Below are positions 21,347 to 30,228 of a DNA stretch of 64,000 bases, in pieces. The stretch is from Deltaproteobacteria bacterium (lineage in GTDB: Bacteria; Desulfobacterota; Desulfomonilia; UBA1062). The notes beneath the pieces are model-generated. The model saw nothing but the letters and a program-made list of their open reading frames with translations, was not told the origin of the DNA and did not search any database. Positions within the stretch are counted from its first letter, which is position 1; every line of letters starts with the position of its first letter. Position numbers and translations under genes: made by a program. The stretch is taken from positions 19,386 to 83,385 of the forward strand of contig JAHDRW010000041.1 in the NCBI GenBank assembly GCA_018433085.1, given 5' to 3'.

Positions 21347-24136
21347 TCACAGCGCCCCGGCAATGCGCCTAAGGGCCGCCGGGACATTCCTGTCCAGGAT
21401 GTGGAGGCGCAGCACCTTCCTCTCCTTTTCCTTCAGCGCGTTCCAGTCGCCCAGGGCCTGGGCGCTCTCAAGGGTCCCGAACGAGATGGACGATTGCCAC
21501 GACCCGGGCTCGTCAGGGACCGCGAGATCGTCCGAAACCTGCCGGGTGATCTGGATGAAGAGTCCCCTGCCCTCGTCACCCTTGTGGAGCTGGCCCGTGG
21601 AGTGAAGGTAACGAGGCCCGTACCCGCTCATGACCGCGATCCGGAAGGTGTCCCTGATCTTCGTGCGGAGCATGTCGAGGGCTTCGCCGATCTCGTCCGA
21701 GGGCGGCAGGTACGCCTGGATCGCCACGTACGAGGCTTCGTCCGCCCCGCCCAGAAACGATGCCAGGGCGTCTTCCGTGGTTTCCGCCCGCACGTCGCCG
21801 TACACGCTGATGTGCTGGGCCTTCAGCGCCGGGGCGGTCTCCGGGAGAGCACCGGTATTCCGGAACAGCTCCACCGCCTCTGTCGCTCGTTTCTTCGCGG
21901 CCTCCACGTCGGGCTGATCAAAGGGATTGACGCCGAGAATGTGTCCTGCCACGGCAGTGGCCGTCTCCCAGAGGTAGAACTGCCCGCCGATATCGCACAG
22001 ATCGTGGAGCCCGATGCGCACCACGGGGTGCCCGGCCTTTTCGAGCCCTTCCAGGATCTTGTCGTGGGTGTGATCACCTTCAAGCCACAGGCTCACGAAG
22101 AGCCGGTCGTCCCGGTACTGCCCGGGCGATCCCGGCCGCTCGCGCACGATGGGCACGATGCCCTTGCCCTGCTTGCCCGTGCTCTCGGCGATGAGCTGCT
22201 CCACCCAGTCGCCGAACGAGGCTATCCCGGGCGACAGGAAAAAGGTCACCTTGTTCCTGCCCGCCAGCGCCGACTCGCCGAGGATCGCGCCGAGGATGCC
22301 CCCGGAGTTTGCGCCCTTAGGGGTGCAGATTCCGGTCTGGCAGTTCTCGGTCATGACCAGGGCCCGGTCCAGGAGCGACTTGATGTCCACGCCCATGAGC
22401 GCCGCAGGCACAAGCCCGAAATGGGAAAGGGCCGAGTACCTGCCGCCCAGACCGGGCTCGTTGAGGAAAATGTTCCTGAAATTGTACTTCCGGGCCGTTT
22501 CCATCAGAGGGGAGCCCGGGTCCGTGATCGCGATGAAGTGCTCCCCGGCAGTCTCTGCGCCCAGGGCGTCCGCGGTCACGGTGTAGAAATATCTGAACAA
22601 CGAGAGCGTCTCCACCGTGGTGCCCGATTTGGTCGATACGATGAACAGGGTCGTGGCCGGGTCGACCTTCTGGTATTCGGCGGCAAGAAAGTCGGGATCG
22701 GTGCTGTCGATGACGGCGAGGTCGAGATATCCCTCGCGCACGCCGAAGACGGCCCGCATCACGTCCGGCGCGAGCGACGACCCGCCCATGCCCAGAAGAA
22801 TCGCGCGGGTGTATCCCTTCGATGCCATGTCCCTGGCGAACTGCTCCATCCCGTCCGTGTTATCGAGGATGTCTGCCGGCAGGGAGAGCCAGGCGAGCCG
22901 GTTGACGACCTCCCGGGGGCTCTCGCCCCACACCGTGTGGTCGTGCGCGTAGATCCGTGACATGACCCCGGCCTTTTCCATCTCCCCAAGGCGGGCATCC
23001 ACCCTGGCCTGAAGGTCTCCGAGCTCGGTTGTCATCTGATGCCACCCGGAGATGATGGCCCGCCTCTTGGCCGCGATGCTGTCCATGAGCGAGCGAAACG
23101 ACCCGGCGAAAAGGCCCACGCCGTCCTTCTGCAGCTTGGAGGTCACGGCTTCGAGATCAATGCCCGCCTTCGCGAGCCGCTCGATCTGCGCGAGGGCCTC
23201 CTCAATGCCCGTGCCCAGCGTGCTCTCCGTCTTTCCATGGTCGAGAAAGGCCTGGAGCGTGGCAGGTGGAAGGGTGTTGACCGTATGGGAGCCGATGAGT
23301 TCGTCCACATAGAGCGTGTCCGGATATTTCGGGTTCTTGGTCCCGGTGCTCGCCCACAGCAGTCTCTGGGGACGAGCTCCCTGCTGCTCGAGCGCCTGCC
23401 ACCGATCCCCGGAGAATATTGCGCCGAAGAGCCCGTAGGCTACCTTGGCGTTGGCCACCGCGATCTTTCCCGTGAGGTCGCTCAGCGCGCGTTTTTCGAG
23501 CTCCGGATCGAGCGAGGTGTCCACCCTGCTCACGAAAAACGAGGCCACCGAGGCCACGCGGGCGATGTCGCCGCCCGAGGCAAGGTATCTTTCCAGGCCG
23601 CGCAGGTAGGCGTGAGCCACCTCCTCGTAGCGCCTGACGGAAAAAAGCAGGGTCACGTTGACGTTGATGCCCTCTGCGATCAGGGTCTCGATCGCAGGCA
23701 CGCCTTCCGCGGTGGCAGGGACCTTGATCATGATGTTCGGACGCCCCAGGTCCGCAAAGAGCCGCCTGGCCTCGTGGACGGTCTTTTCGGTATCGTAGGC
23801 CAGCACCGGGCTCACCTCGATGCTCACGTACCCGTCCAGGGCGTTTGTGTCATCGTAGACCTTCCGGAACAGATCCGCCGTCCGGGCGATGTCGTCAAGC
23901 GCGAGATGCTCGTAGACCTCTTCGATTGACAGCCCGTCCCGCACCAGGGCCGTGAGATCGCCATCGTAATCCGAGCTGCCCGCGATGGCCTTTTCGAAGA
24001 TCGTGGGGTTCGACGTGACCCCGCGGATGCCCTGATCGATGAGTGACTGCATCTCGCCCGAGGTGATCAGCGACCTGCGGATGTAGTCGAACCATATCGC
24101 CTGCCCCATTTGGGCCAATGTATGGAGTTTTGCCAT
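21347..24136 (-). CDS. bifunctional transaldolase / glucose-6-phosphate isomerase fusion
   Basis: The N-terminus MAKLHTLAQMGQAIWFDYIRRSLI...GVTSNPTIFEKAI is transaldolase. The C-terminal ~550 aa carry PGI motifs (LLGMGGSSLAPDV, VSTKSGTTVET). Start trimmed to ATG 24136 (AAGGAG 8 nt upstream). Confidence 0.9.
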   Translation of the reverse strand: MAKLHTLAQMGQAIWFDYIRRSLITSGEMQSLIDQGIRGVTSNPTIFEKAIAGSSDYDGDLTALVRDGLSIEEVYEHLALDDIARTADLFRKVYDDTNALDGYVSIEVSPVLAYDTEKTVHEARRLFADLGRPNIMIKVPATAEGVPAIETLIAEGINVNVTLLFSVRRYEEVAHAYLRGLERYLASGGDIARVASVASFFVSRVDTSLDPELEKRALSDLTGKIAVANAKVAYGLFGAIFSGDRWQALEQQGARPQRLLWASTGTKNPKYPDTLYVDELIGSHTVNTLPPATLQAFLDHGKTESTLGTGIEEALAQIERLAKAGIDLEAVTSKLQKDGVGLFAGSFRSLMDSIAAKRRAIISGWHQMTTELGDLQARVDARLGEMEKAGVMSRIYAHDHTVWGESPREVVNRLAWLSLPADILDNTDGMEQFARDMASKGYTRAILLGMGGSSLAPDVMRAVFGVREGYLDLAVIDSTDPDFLAAEYQKVDPATTLFIVSTKSGTTVETLSLFRYFYTVTADALGAETAGEHFIAITDPGSPLMETARKYNFRNIFLNEPGLGGRYSALSHFGLVPAALMGVDIKSLLDRALVMTENCQTGICTPKGANSGGILGAILGESALAGRNKVTFFLSPGIASFGDWVEQLIAESTGKQGKGIVPIVRERPGSPGQYRDDRLFVSLWLEGDHTHDKILEGLEKAGHPVVRIGLHDLCDIGGQFYLWETATAVAGHILGVNPFDQPDVEAAKKRATEAVELFRNTGALPETAPALKAQHISVYGDVRAETTEDALASFLGGADEASYVAIQAYLPPSDEIGEALDMLRTKIRDTFRIAVMSGYGPRYLHSTGQLHKGDEGRGLFIQITRQVSDDLAVPDEPGSWQSSISFGTLESAQALGDWNALKEKERKVLRLHILDRNVPAALRRIAGAL

Positions 24137-24168
24137 ATCTTGCGCTCCTTCACAGATATTGGAAAGTT

Positions 24169-24180
24169 GTGACCGGTCAC
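24169..24180. promoter_or_regulatory. 12-bp perfect palindrome GTGACCGGTCAC upstream of tal-pgi (candidate operator)
   Basis: Self-complementary, lying 33-44 nt upstream of the tal-pgi ATG on the minus strand. Confidence 0.25.
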
Positions 24181-24282
24181 CTACCATACAGGAATCAGGG
24201 ATGAAATCTCAAGTCCCTTTCTCTGCTTTGGAGATTTCCCCGAGACTCCGCTTCCCGTGCCGTTCTCCCGGGGCTTATCCTC

Positions 24283-24400
24283 GATCAATGGTATGCACCT
24301 TCAACGGCAAGCCCTGGACCATATGGAAGCCTCAAGGCCTGAACGGGAATGTGACCCCACCTTCAAGGTCCTGAAGAAGCGGACTCAGAAGGTGGATTCA
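24283..24400. repeat. intergenic repeat family, copy A
   Basis: GATCAATGGTATGCACCTTCAACGGCAAGCCCTGGACC...TGAACGGGAATGTGACCCCACCTTCAAGGTCCTGAAGAAGCGGACTCAGAAGGTGGATTCA. It is about 85% identical by eye to copy B over ~118 nt. Its last 3 nt are the complement of the glk stop codon. Confidence 0.65.
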
Positions 24401-25402
24401 AGGCAGGGTGTCCATGATATCCAGCCCGAAATGGGCGGCCCCTATGAGACCGGCCTTTGGATTGAGGATGACGTGCACCGGGAAGGCGGAGATGACTCCC
24501 GCGAGCCTGCCCTTGCGGAGATACGCCTCCATGAACGGGCTCTGCCCGATGATGGACACAAGCCTGGGCGGTATGCCTCCACCCACGTACACCCCTCCGG
24601 AGGCGAGGATCTTGAGCGCCAGGTTGCCGGTCTCCGCCCCGAGTATGGAGAGGAAGATACGCACCGTCTCCTGGCAGATTTCGCAGGTCGTATCCCGATC
24701 CAGCGCGGCATTCACGATAACGGCGGTGGCATCGGGCTCCCTGACCAGGCTTTCGGCGAGCCAGGCAGGCTCTTCGTGCCTGCCCTGGTCCTTGAGGAAC
24801 GAATAGATGTTGGGAATGCCTGAGCCCGAGCATATCCGCTCGTAGCTGACATGCTCGAAGCGGTCCATGAGGTATTTCAGCATCTCGAGCTCGATAGCGT
24901 CCGCGGGGCCGAACTCGGTGTGCCCGCCCTCTGATGCGTGCGCGAGGTAGCGGTCGCCGTCCCAGGTGAGGTATGCCTCGCCCAGGCCGGTCCCGGCCGC
25001 GATGACCGCGCGCGGGCCGGTAGGGACGACGCTGCCCGTGTTCAGGGTGAGCAGGTCCTCGCCCCCGAGCAAGGGAATGCTGTAGGCCACGGCCTGGAGG
25101 TCGTTGATCAGGCGCACCCTGTCTATCTTCAGCTCGGTCTGGAGATTCCCGGCATCGATCTCCCACGGCAGGTTCGTGATCCGGGCCCGTTTTCCCACCA
25201 CGGGCCCTGCCACGCCAAATACCGCGTGATCGACCCCCGTGACATCATATCGGGCCGAGAACTCCCCGACGATGGCCCTCAGCGAGCTATAGGACCCGCT
25301 GGGATACGTGCCCTCGTACAGGGGCCTTTCGGGACCGCTCTGCGGGGTGTACAGAGCGAGTATGGTCTTGGTCCCTCCGATATCACCTGCAATCAATTTC
25401 AT
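24398..25402 (-). CDS. glk: glucokinase
   Basis: MKLIAGDIGGTKTILALY has the ATP-binding DxGGT motif, followed by an Glk-type sugar-kinase body of 334 aa. Confidence 0.85.
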   Translation of the reverse strand: MKLIAGDIGGTKTILALYTPQSGPERPLYEGTYPSGSYSSLRAIVGEFSARYDVTGVDHAVFGVAGPVVGKRARITNLPWEIDAGNLQTELKIDRVRLINDLQAVAYSIPLLGGEDLLTLNTGSVVPTGPRAVIAAGTGLGEAYLTWDGDRYLAHASEGGHTEFGPADAIELEMLKYLMDRFEHVSYERICSGSGIPNIYSFLKDQGRHEEPAWLAESLVREPDATAVIVNAALDRDTTCEICQETVRIFLSILGAETGNLALKILASGGVYVGGGIPPRLVSIIGQSPFMEAYLRKGRLAGVISAFPVHVILNPKAGLIGAAHFGLDIMDTLP

Positions 25403-25600
25403 GGCGTGCTCCGTTTCGTTATTTTACTATATATTATCCGTCATGGCGCGTCTGTTGGCAATATGATGGAACGAGGCCCCAAGTTCCGCCAGCCCGTCGA
25501 TCTTGTGAAAAGTACCGGCGTGTCCCTGTTCGGCGCACCGGGTAAAGGGCGGGTATGCCTGCCGCCGGCCGTTGTCCGGTTCGAAGAGCCGGATGACTGA

Positions 25601-26026
25601 TCATCGCGGGAAACTCACCCTGACGAGCTTCTGCGCCTCGAAGATATTCTTCACCTTGTTGATGAAATCTCTCTCCCTGATGGGCTTTCGGATGTACGCG
25701 TCCGCAAGCCCCCCATCAAAGAGTTCCTCAAGGTCCCTGATCTTTGCGCTTCCGGAGCAGATGAGCACTTTGATGTGAGGGTACTTGAACTTGACGTAAT
25801 GGACGAACACGATTCCATCCATGCCCGGGCGGTTGATATTGGTGGAAACGATGTCGATGTCGCCGTGCCTCTGCTCGATCGTCTGCAGGGCCGTGTCACT
25901 GGAAGGGGAGGTGATGACGTCCAGATCATACTCCTCGAAGTTGTTTTCGATGATCGCCCTGATGAATGACCTGACCACCCGTTTGTCGTCCACGATCAGG
26001 ACGATCTTTTTTCTCTTCACGCTCAT
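25601..26026 (-). CDS. single-domain response-regulator receiver protein with Asn at the phospho-acceptor position
   Basis: MSVKRKKIVLIVDDKRVV...DIDIVSTNINRPGMDG...VLICSGSA...AYIRKPI. Aligned by eye to CheY (FVISDWNMPNMDG), Asp57 is replaced by Asn, while the DD pair, Ser/Thr and Lys are kept. Start trimmed to ATG 26026. Confidence 0.75.
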   Translation of the reverse strand: MSVKRKKIVLIVDDKRVVRSFIRAIIENNFEEYDLDVITSPSSDTALQTIEQRHGDIDIVSTNINRPGMDGIVFVHYVKFKYPHIKVLICSGSAKIRDLEELFDGGLADAYIRKPIRERDFINKVKNIFEAQKLVRVSFPR

Positions 26027-26138
26027 GAGGTGCTTTCCCTTACGAAAATCAATATACGTGCCTTGAAACAATTTGCAAAGAGGGCTTCACACTGAAACAG
26101 GATTGTCCTATAGTGAGGAGGTAAGGGAAAAGAGAATC

Positions 26139-26669
26139 ATGGCGCCTGAAAAAGGAAAAATCCTTCTTCATACCTGCTGCGGACCGTGCGCCACCACCTG
26201 CGTGGAGCGGCTCGCCCCGGATTACGAAGTCATCCTGTTCTTCAGCAATTCGAACATCGCGCCCGAGGCCGAGTATCTCAAGCGCCTGGAGCACGCCTCA
26301 AGGCTTGCGAAGATCCTGAACATCGCGCTCAGGGCGGATGTCTACGATCACCGGGCATGGCTCGATCACGTCAGGGGGCTCGAAGGCGAGCCCGAGAGGG
26401 GAAAGAGGTGCGAGAAATGCTTCGCGTTCAGCCTGGCGAGGACCGCGGCAATGGCCGGCGAACTCCGGATTCCGGCCTTTACCACGAGCCTGAGCGTGAG
26501 CCGATACAAGTCCTCGCCCACCATCTTTTCCCTGGGCAGGGCGTATCAGGCGTTCGAGGCGATAGACTTCAAGAAGAAAAACGGCTATGCCCGGAGCATC
26601 GAGCTGAGCCGGCAATACGGCCTCTACCGGCAGACCTACTGTGGATGCGAGTTCAGCATGAGGCCTTGA
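26139..26669 (+). CDS. queH: epoxyqueuosine reductase QueH (DUF208)
   Basis: MAPEKGKILLHTCCGPCATTCVERL...RCEKCF...YCGCEFS carries the conserved Cys pattern of DUF208/QueH. Start trimmed to ATG 26139. Confidence 0.8.
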   Translation: MAPEKGKILLHTCCGPCATTCVERLAPDYEVILFFSNSNIAPEAEYLKRLEHASRLAKILNIALRADVYDHRAWLDHVRGLEGEPERGKRCEKCFAFSLARTAAMAGELRIPAFTTSLSVSRYKSSPTIFSLGRAYQAFEAIDFKKKNGYARSIELSRQYGLYRQTYCGCEFSMRP

Positions 26670-26772
26670 TCCAGAGCACCCCTGAAGGGTCGCGGCGGTC
26701 GTCGAAACGTGCGGATCCCTCCGCAGCCTCGATAAAGAACCCGCAAAGGAGCCTTCTTTTCAAGCCGTCGTG

Positions 26773-27150
26773 CTATTCCGCTTCCGCCGTTGCCGGTTTC
26801 TTCGCCTCTTTCTTCACCGGCTGCCCGCCGCCCTCTTCCTTTTTCTTTTTCTTCTTGGGCTTGGCCTCCACCACGGGTTCTGCCGCCTTCTTGCCCTTCT
26901 CCTTCTGAGGAGCGGCCTTTTTCTCTTCCCTGAGCCTGGCCATCTCGACGAGCTTCTTCTCGTTCGCATCGATCGCGGCGAGCCTGACATTGGTGTCGTT
27001 AATCTTCGCCTTGAGTTTCTTTACCACGGAATCCTTCTCGATCAGCTTCCCGTCGATTCCCATCTCTCCCAGCACGGCCTTGCGCTGGCCCAGTTTCTCC
27101 ATCCAGTACGCCTTCTGTGTCTCGCGCACGCTCCGAAGCTTTGAAGCCAT
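26773..27150 (-). CDS. lysine-rich basic protein, hypothetical
   Basis: 125 aa, with AAGGAG 5 nt upstream of the ATG. The N-terminal half looks coiled-coil. The C-terminus is KEKGKKAAEPVVEAKPKKKKKKEEGGGQPVKKEAKKPA. No family recognised. Confidence 0.55.
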   Translation of the reverse strand: MASKLRSVRETQKAYWMEKLGQRKAVLGEMGIDGKLIEKDSVVKKLKAKINDTNVRLAAIDANEKKLVEMARLREEKKAAPQKEKGKKAAEPVVEAKPKKKKKKEEGGGQPVKKEAKKPATAEAE

Positions 27151-27328
27151 ATGTTCTCCTTTCGCTCTGGATACTCTCGATCATGAAATCGGCCCTAAAG
27201 GAACGCATGGTCACATGGTGTTCCGATAAGGGTGTTTTCCTCTATCATAGTTCTTTTCGGATTTCCAGCCCGTAAGATTTCGGAGCGGATGATCCGGTTT
27301 GCCTGATATATTGGAAGCTTCCCTTACC

Positions 27329-28213
27329 TTATTCACCGGGCCCGTACGAGAGCGAGCCGAACCGGATGGAAACCGCGGCCTCATGGTCGAAGGGCGGGGC
27401 CAGGACCGAGAGCGCCTTCAGCCTGAGGTCACAAGACTTCACGATGCCCAGCGAAAGCGCGAAGCCCTCCCGGTCGCACGCCGCGGCGAGCAGACCATCA
27501 TGCACGTCGTATCCGCCGGGGGCCGGGACCGCCCCGTGTATCCCCCTGCCCTCCATACTCACCTCCTGGAGACGCGACCCTTTGAAGTAGTCCCCGAACA
27601 TCCGTTGCCGGTATTCCCTCCTCTGGGTCATGCCGCGGGCCCTGACCTCGGAAGAGACGGGCATGCGCCGGATCGAGATCCCGGGATGCCCGGCAAAACC
27701 GGCGAGCAGGCCCTCCATCTCGTTTTCACGCTGGAAGGCGACCAGAAAACCCGGCTGCAGCAGGTCGATGACGTGAAACTGGAACTCCCGTGCCGCCTCG
27801 GGAAGCACGAATCCCGAGGAATCGAGCACCAGAACCTCGAATCCGAGCTTGCGCGCCTTTTCCACGAGTTTTCTCGTCCCGCTCAGACAGGGCAGCAGAT
27901 GCCCCCGGGGAGAGGTGGACCCGACGAAATACCGGGTGGGCTCGCCACCCGGCTCTCCCGGTCCCTTCATCTCCTGCATCCCGATGGTGGTCGGCGGGCC
28001 GATGGACGACTGTCCGGGATCGCAGTCGATATATGCAACCCTCGCCACGCTGCTCAGACTCCGGGTCAGGGAGCGGCAGAAGGTGGTCTTGCCCCGGTTG
28101 CCGGCCCCGACGACGTACACCAGACGCTCGCCGGGCGCATCGCGCACCACGGAGGCGAGCTCCTCCCAGGCTCTCTCCATACTGGCGGACAGCGGTTCGT
28201 CCATGAGGTACAT
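27329..28213 (-). CDS. Clp1/Grc3-like P-loop protein (putative polynucleotide 5-prime-hydroxyl kinase)
   Basis: RLVYVVGAGNRGKTTFCRSL (Walker A) is followed ~20 aa later by VAYIDCDPGQSSIGPPTTIG. This DxDxGQ motif is characteristic of the Clp1 P-loop family. Length 294 aa. Confidence 0.6.
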   Translation of the reverse strand: MYLMDEPLSASMERAWEELASVVRDAPGERLVYVVGAGNRGKTTFCRSLTRSLSSVARVAYIDCDPGQSSIGPPTTIGMQEMKGPGEPGGEPTRYFVGSTSPRGHLLPCLSGTRKLVEKARKLGFEVLVLDSSGFVLPEAAREFQFHVIDLLQPGFLVAFQRENEMEGLLAGFAGHPGISIRRMPVSSEVRARGMTQRREYRQRMFGDYFKGSRLQEVSMEGRGIHGAVPAPGGYDVHDGLLAAACDREGFALSLGIVKSCDLRLKALSVLAPPFDHEAAVSIRFGSLSYGPGE

Positions 28214-28569
28214 GATCTTTCTTCCGGATGCTCATCTCAAACTGCATGGGGCTTTCTTCATTTCAAATCGATGAACCGAATCTTCTTTCATCCGGCTGTT
28301 CCTGCCTGCCCGGGCCGACGACCCGCACCTTCCTCCCCGTGTGTCTCCCGTTCCGCCGCCCCCCGGCCTGAAGGGGCGTATCCTGGCCACCATTCGGAAC
28401 GGCACCCCGAAGAACCGCCGGAGAGGCGCGCTCACTTCCGCGTCCCGCTCCTTGAGTCCGGCCCTGCGGGCCGTACTATGTCATTGAGAAACGATCGTTT
28501 TGCACCGGGGTGCCCCCCGTGTTTTCGAGGGCGCGGCCCCGGTGGAACCTGAAAAAAGGAGGTGTCTGC

Positions 28570-29181
28570 ATGAGGGTGCTGGTACTTTTCTATTCATCCT
28601 ACGGTCATATCTACCGCATGGCCGAGGCCGAGGCCGAAGGCGCAAGGCAGGTGAGCGGGGCCGAGGTGGATATCCGGCGCGTTCCCGAGACGCTCTCGGA
28701 CGAGATCCTGACAAAGATGGGGGCCGTGGAGGCCCAGAAGAAATTCGCTCATATTCCCGCGGCACGCGTGAGCGATCTGGCCGAGTACGAGGCCATCATA
28801 TTCGGCTCCCCCACACGGTACGGGAACATGGTCGGCCAGATGCGCCAGTTTCTCGATGCGGCGGGGTCGCTGTGGGCCGGGGACAAACTGGTGGGGAAAG
28901 TAGGAAGCGTGTTCACGAGCAGCGGAACGCAGCACGGCGGTCAGGAGTCGACCATACTCACCTTTCACGTGAACCTCCTCCACTTCGGCATGATCCTGGT
29001 GGGGCTTCCCTACAGCTTCAAGGGGCAGACGACCCTCGACGGGATCACAGGCTGCTCTCCCTACGGGGCATCGACCATAGCCGGCTCCAGAGGCGAGCGG
29101 TGGCCGAGCGAGGCAGAGCTCGACGGCGCGCGCTTCCAGGGAAGGCTTGTGGCCGAAACCGCGAAGAAGCTCTTTGGCTGA
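28570..29181 (+). CDS. wrbA: NAD(P)H:quinone oxidoreductase, flavodoxin-like
   Basis: [20 protein letters not shown]...[21 protein letters not shown]...[17 protein letters not shown] matches WrbA. Start trimmed to ATG 28570 (AAAGGAGG upstream). Confidence 0.9.
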   Translation: MRVLVLFYSSYGHIYRMAEAEAEGARQVSGAEVDIRRVPETLSDEILTKMGAVEAQKKFAHIPAARVSDLAEYEAIIFGSPTRYGNMVGQMRQFLDAAGSLWAGDKLVGKVGSVFTSSGTQHGGQESTILTFHVNLLHFGMILVGLPYSFKGQTTLDGITGCSPYGASTIAGSRGERWPSEAELDGARFQGRLVAETAKKLFG

Positions 29182-29223
29182 CCTCTCTCCCGGCTGGATA
29201 AAAACGCCGCATCGAGCAGGCAA

Positions 29224-30225
29224 TCAGGTGCGGATGCGCTTCTTGAGCTCCCTGATCAGGGCGGTGCAGACCTGGCCCGCGTCGGCCACGATGGCGACGT
29301 CGGCCATTTTCATCATGGCCGCGTTGGGGTTCTTGTTGACCGCGATGATGAACCCGGTGTTCTTGATCCCCGCCGTGTGCTGAATGGCGCCCGAGACGCC
29401 GAACGAGAAGAGAACCTTCGGGCTGATGTGCCTGTCCGCCTGGCCAACAAGGGCGTCCTCGTCGGCCCATTTGGCATAGACAACGGGCCTCGTGGCGCCC
29501 ACCTCGCCGCCCAGCACCCGGGCAAGCTCGAAGAGATTTTTGAACCTGGTCTTGCTGCCCATGCCCCGGCCTCCGCATACCACCACCGGTGCCTCGCCTA
29601 GCTTCTGCTCCCGGGAGGCCTGCCGCTCGGAGCTGATGAGCCGTACCCTGTCTTTGGGGAGGTCTCCGGACAGGGGCACGTTCACGATTTCTCCGGTTGC
29701 CTGGTAGTTGTGGGGTATCTCCTGGAACACGCCCGGCCGGACAGTCGCCATCTGGGGCCGTTTCTCCGGGGTGACGATCCTGGTGAGGAGGTTCCCGCCG
29801 AAGGCCGGAGCGGTCTGCACCAGCAGGCCCGCATCGTCGATGTCCAGGCCCACGCAGTCAGCGGTCAGCCCGGTTTTGAGACGCTTTGCCAGGCGGGGGG
29901 TGAATTCCCTGCCGAACGAGGTGGCGCCCACCAGGATGATCTCCGGGCCGTACTGCCGCACGATCCGCTCCATCAGCGCCACGTAGATATCCGTGCTGTA
30001 AAACTTCAGCCCGGGGTTGTCGCAGACATAGACCTTCGCGGCCCCGTGCGCGATGTACTCGCCGACCCACTCGTCCACCTCGTGGCCGAACACCGTGGCG
30101 CACACCTCGGCGTCGATCTTTTCCGCCAGGTCGGTTGCACGCGAGAGAAGCTGCAGGGTCACCCGGTTCTGGAAGTAGTTGCGGTAGTCGCCGAACACCC
30201 AGATGCTGCGCCTTTTCTGTGCCAT
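29224..30225 (-). CDS. etfA: electron transfer flavoprotein alpha subunit
   Basis: 333 aa. The C-terminal FAD-binding region has VVCGGRGMG...LGGEVGATRPVVYAKW...QVGQADRHISPKVLFSFGVSGAIQHTAG. Confidence 0.9.
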   Translation of the reverse strand: MAQKRRSIWVFGDYRNYFQNRVTLQLLSRATDLAEKIDAEVCATVFGHEVDEWVGEYIAHGAAKVYVCDNPGLKFYSTDIYVALMERIVRQYGPEIILVGATSFGREFTPRLAKRLKTGLTADCVGLDIDDAGLLVQTAPAFGGNLLTRIVTPEKRPQMATVRPGVFQEIPHNYQATGEIVNVPLSGDLPKDRVRLISSERQASREQKLGEAPVVVCGGRGMGSKTRFKNLFELARVLGGEVGATRPVVYAKWADEDALVGQADRHISPKVLFSFGVSGAIQHTAGIKNTGFIIAVNKNPNAAMMKMADVAIVADAGQVCTALIRELKKRIRT

Positions 30226-30228
30226 GGG

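Noticed and set aside
24293-24374. Small-peptide reading of the repeat family (for example TFNGKPWTIWKPQGLNGNVTPPSRS in A and TFNGKPRTLVKPKSLNGNVTPPSKSLKKRI in B; also MHLQRQA.../MDLQRQA... in another frame, 35487..35687)
   Set aside because: Two different frames look equally conserved between A and B, as expected for plain nucleotide identity. A/B indels break both frames near the 3-prime end. Copy C has a 1-nt deletion and a stop in the first frame. No SD precedes the ATG. Some synonymous-looking changes between B and C (KPxxLxKPKS) keep a little doubt alive.
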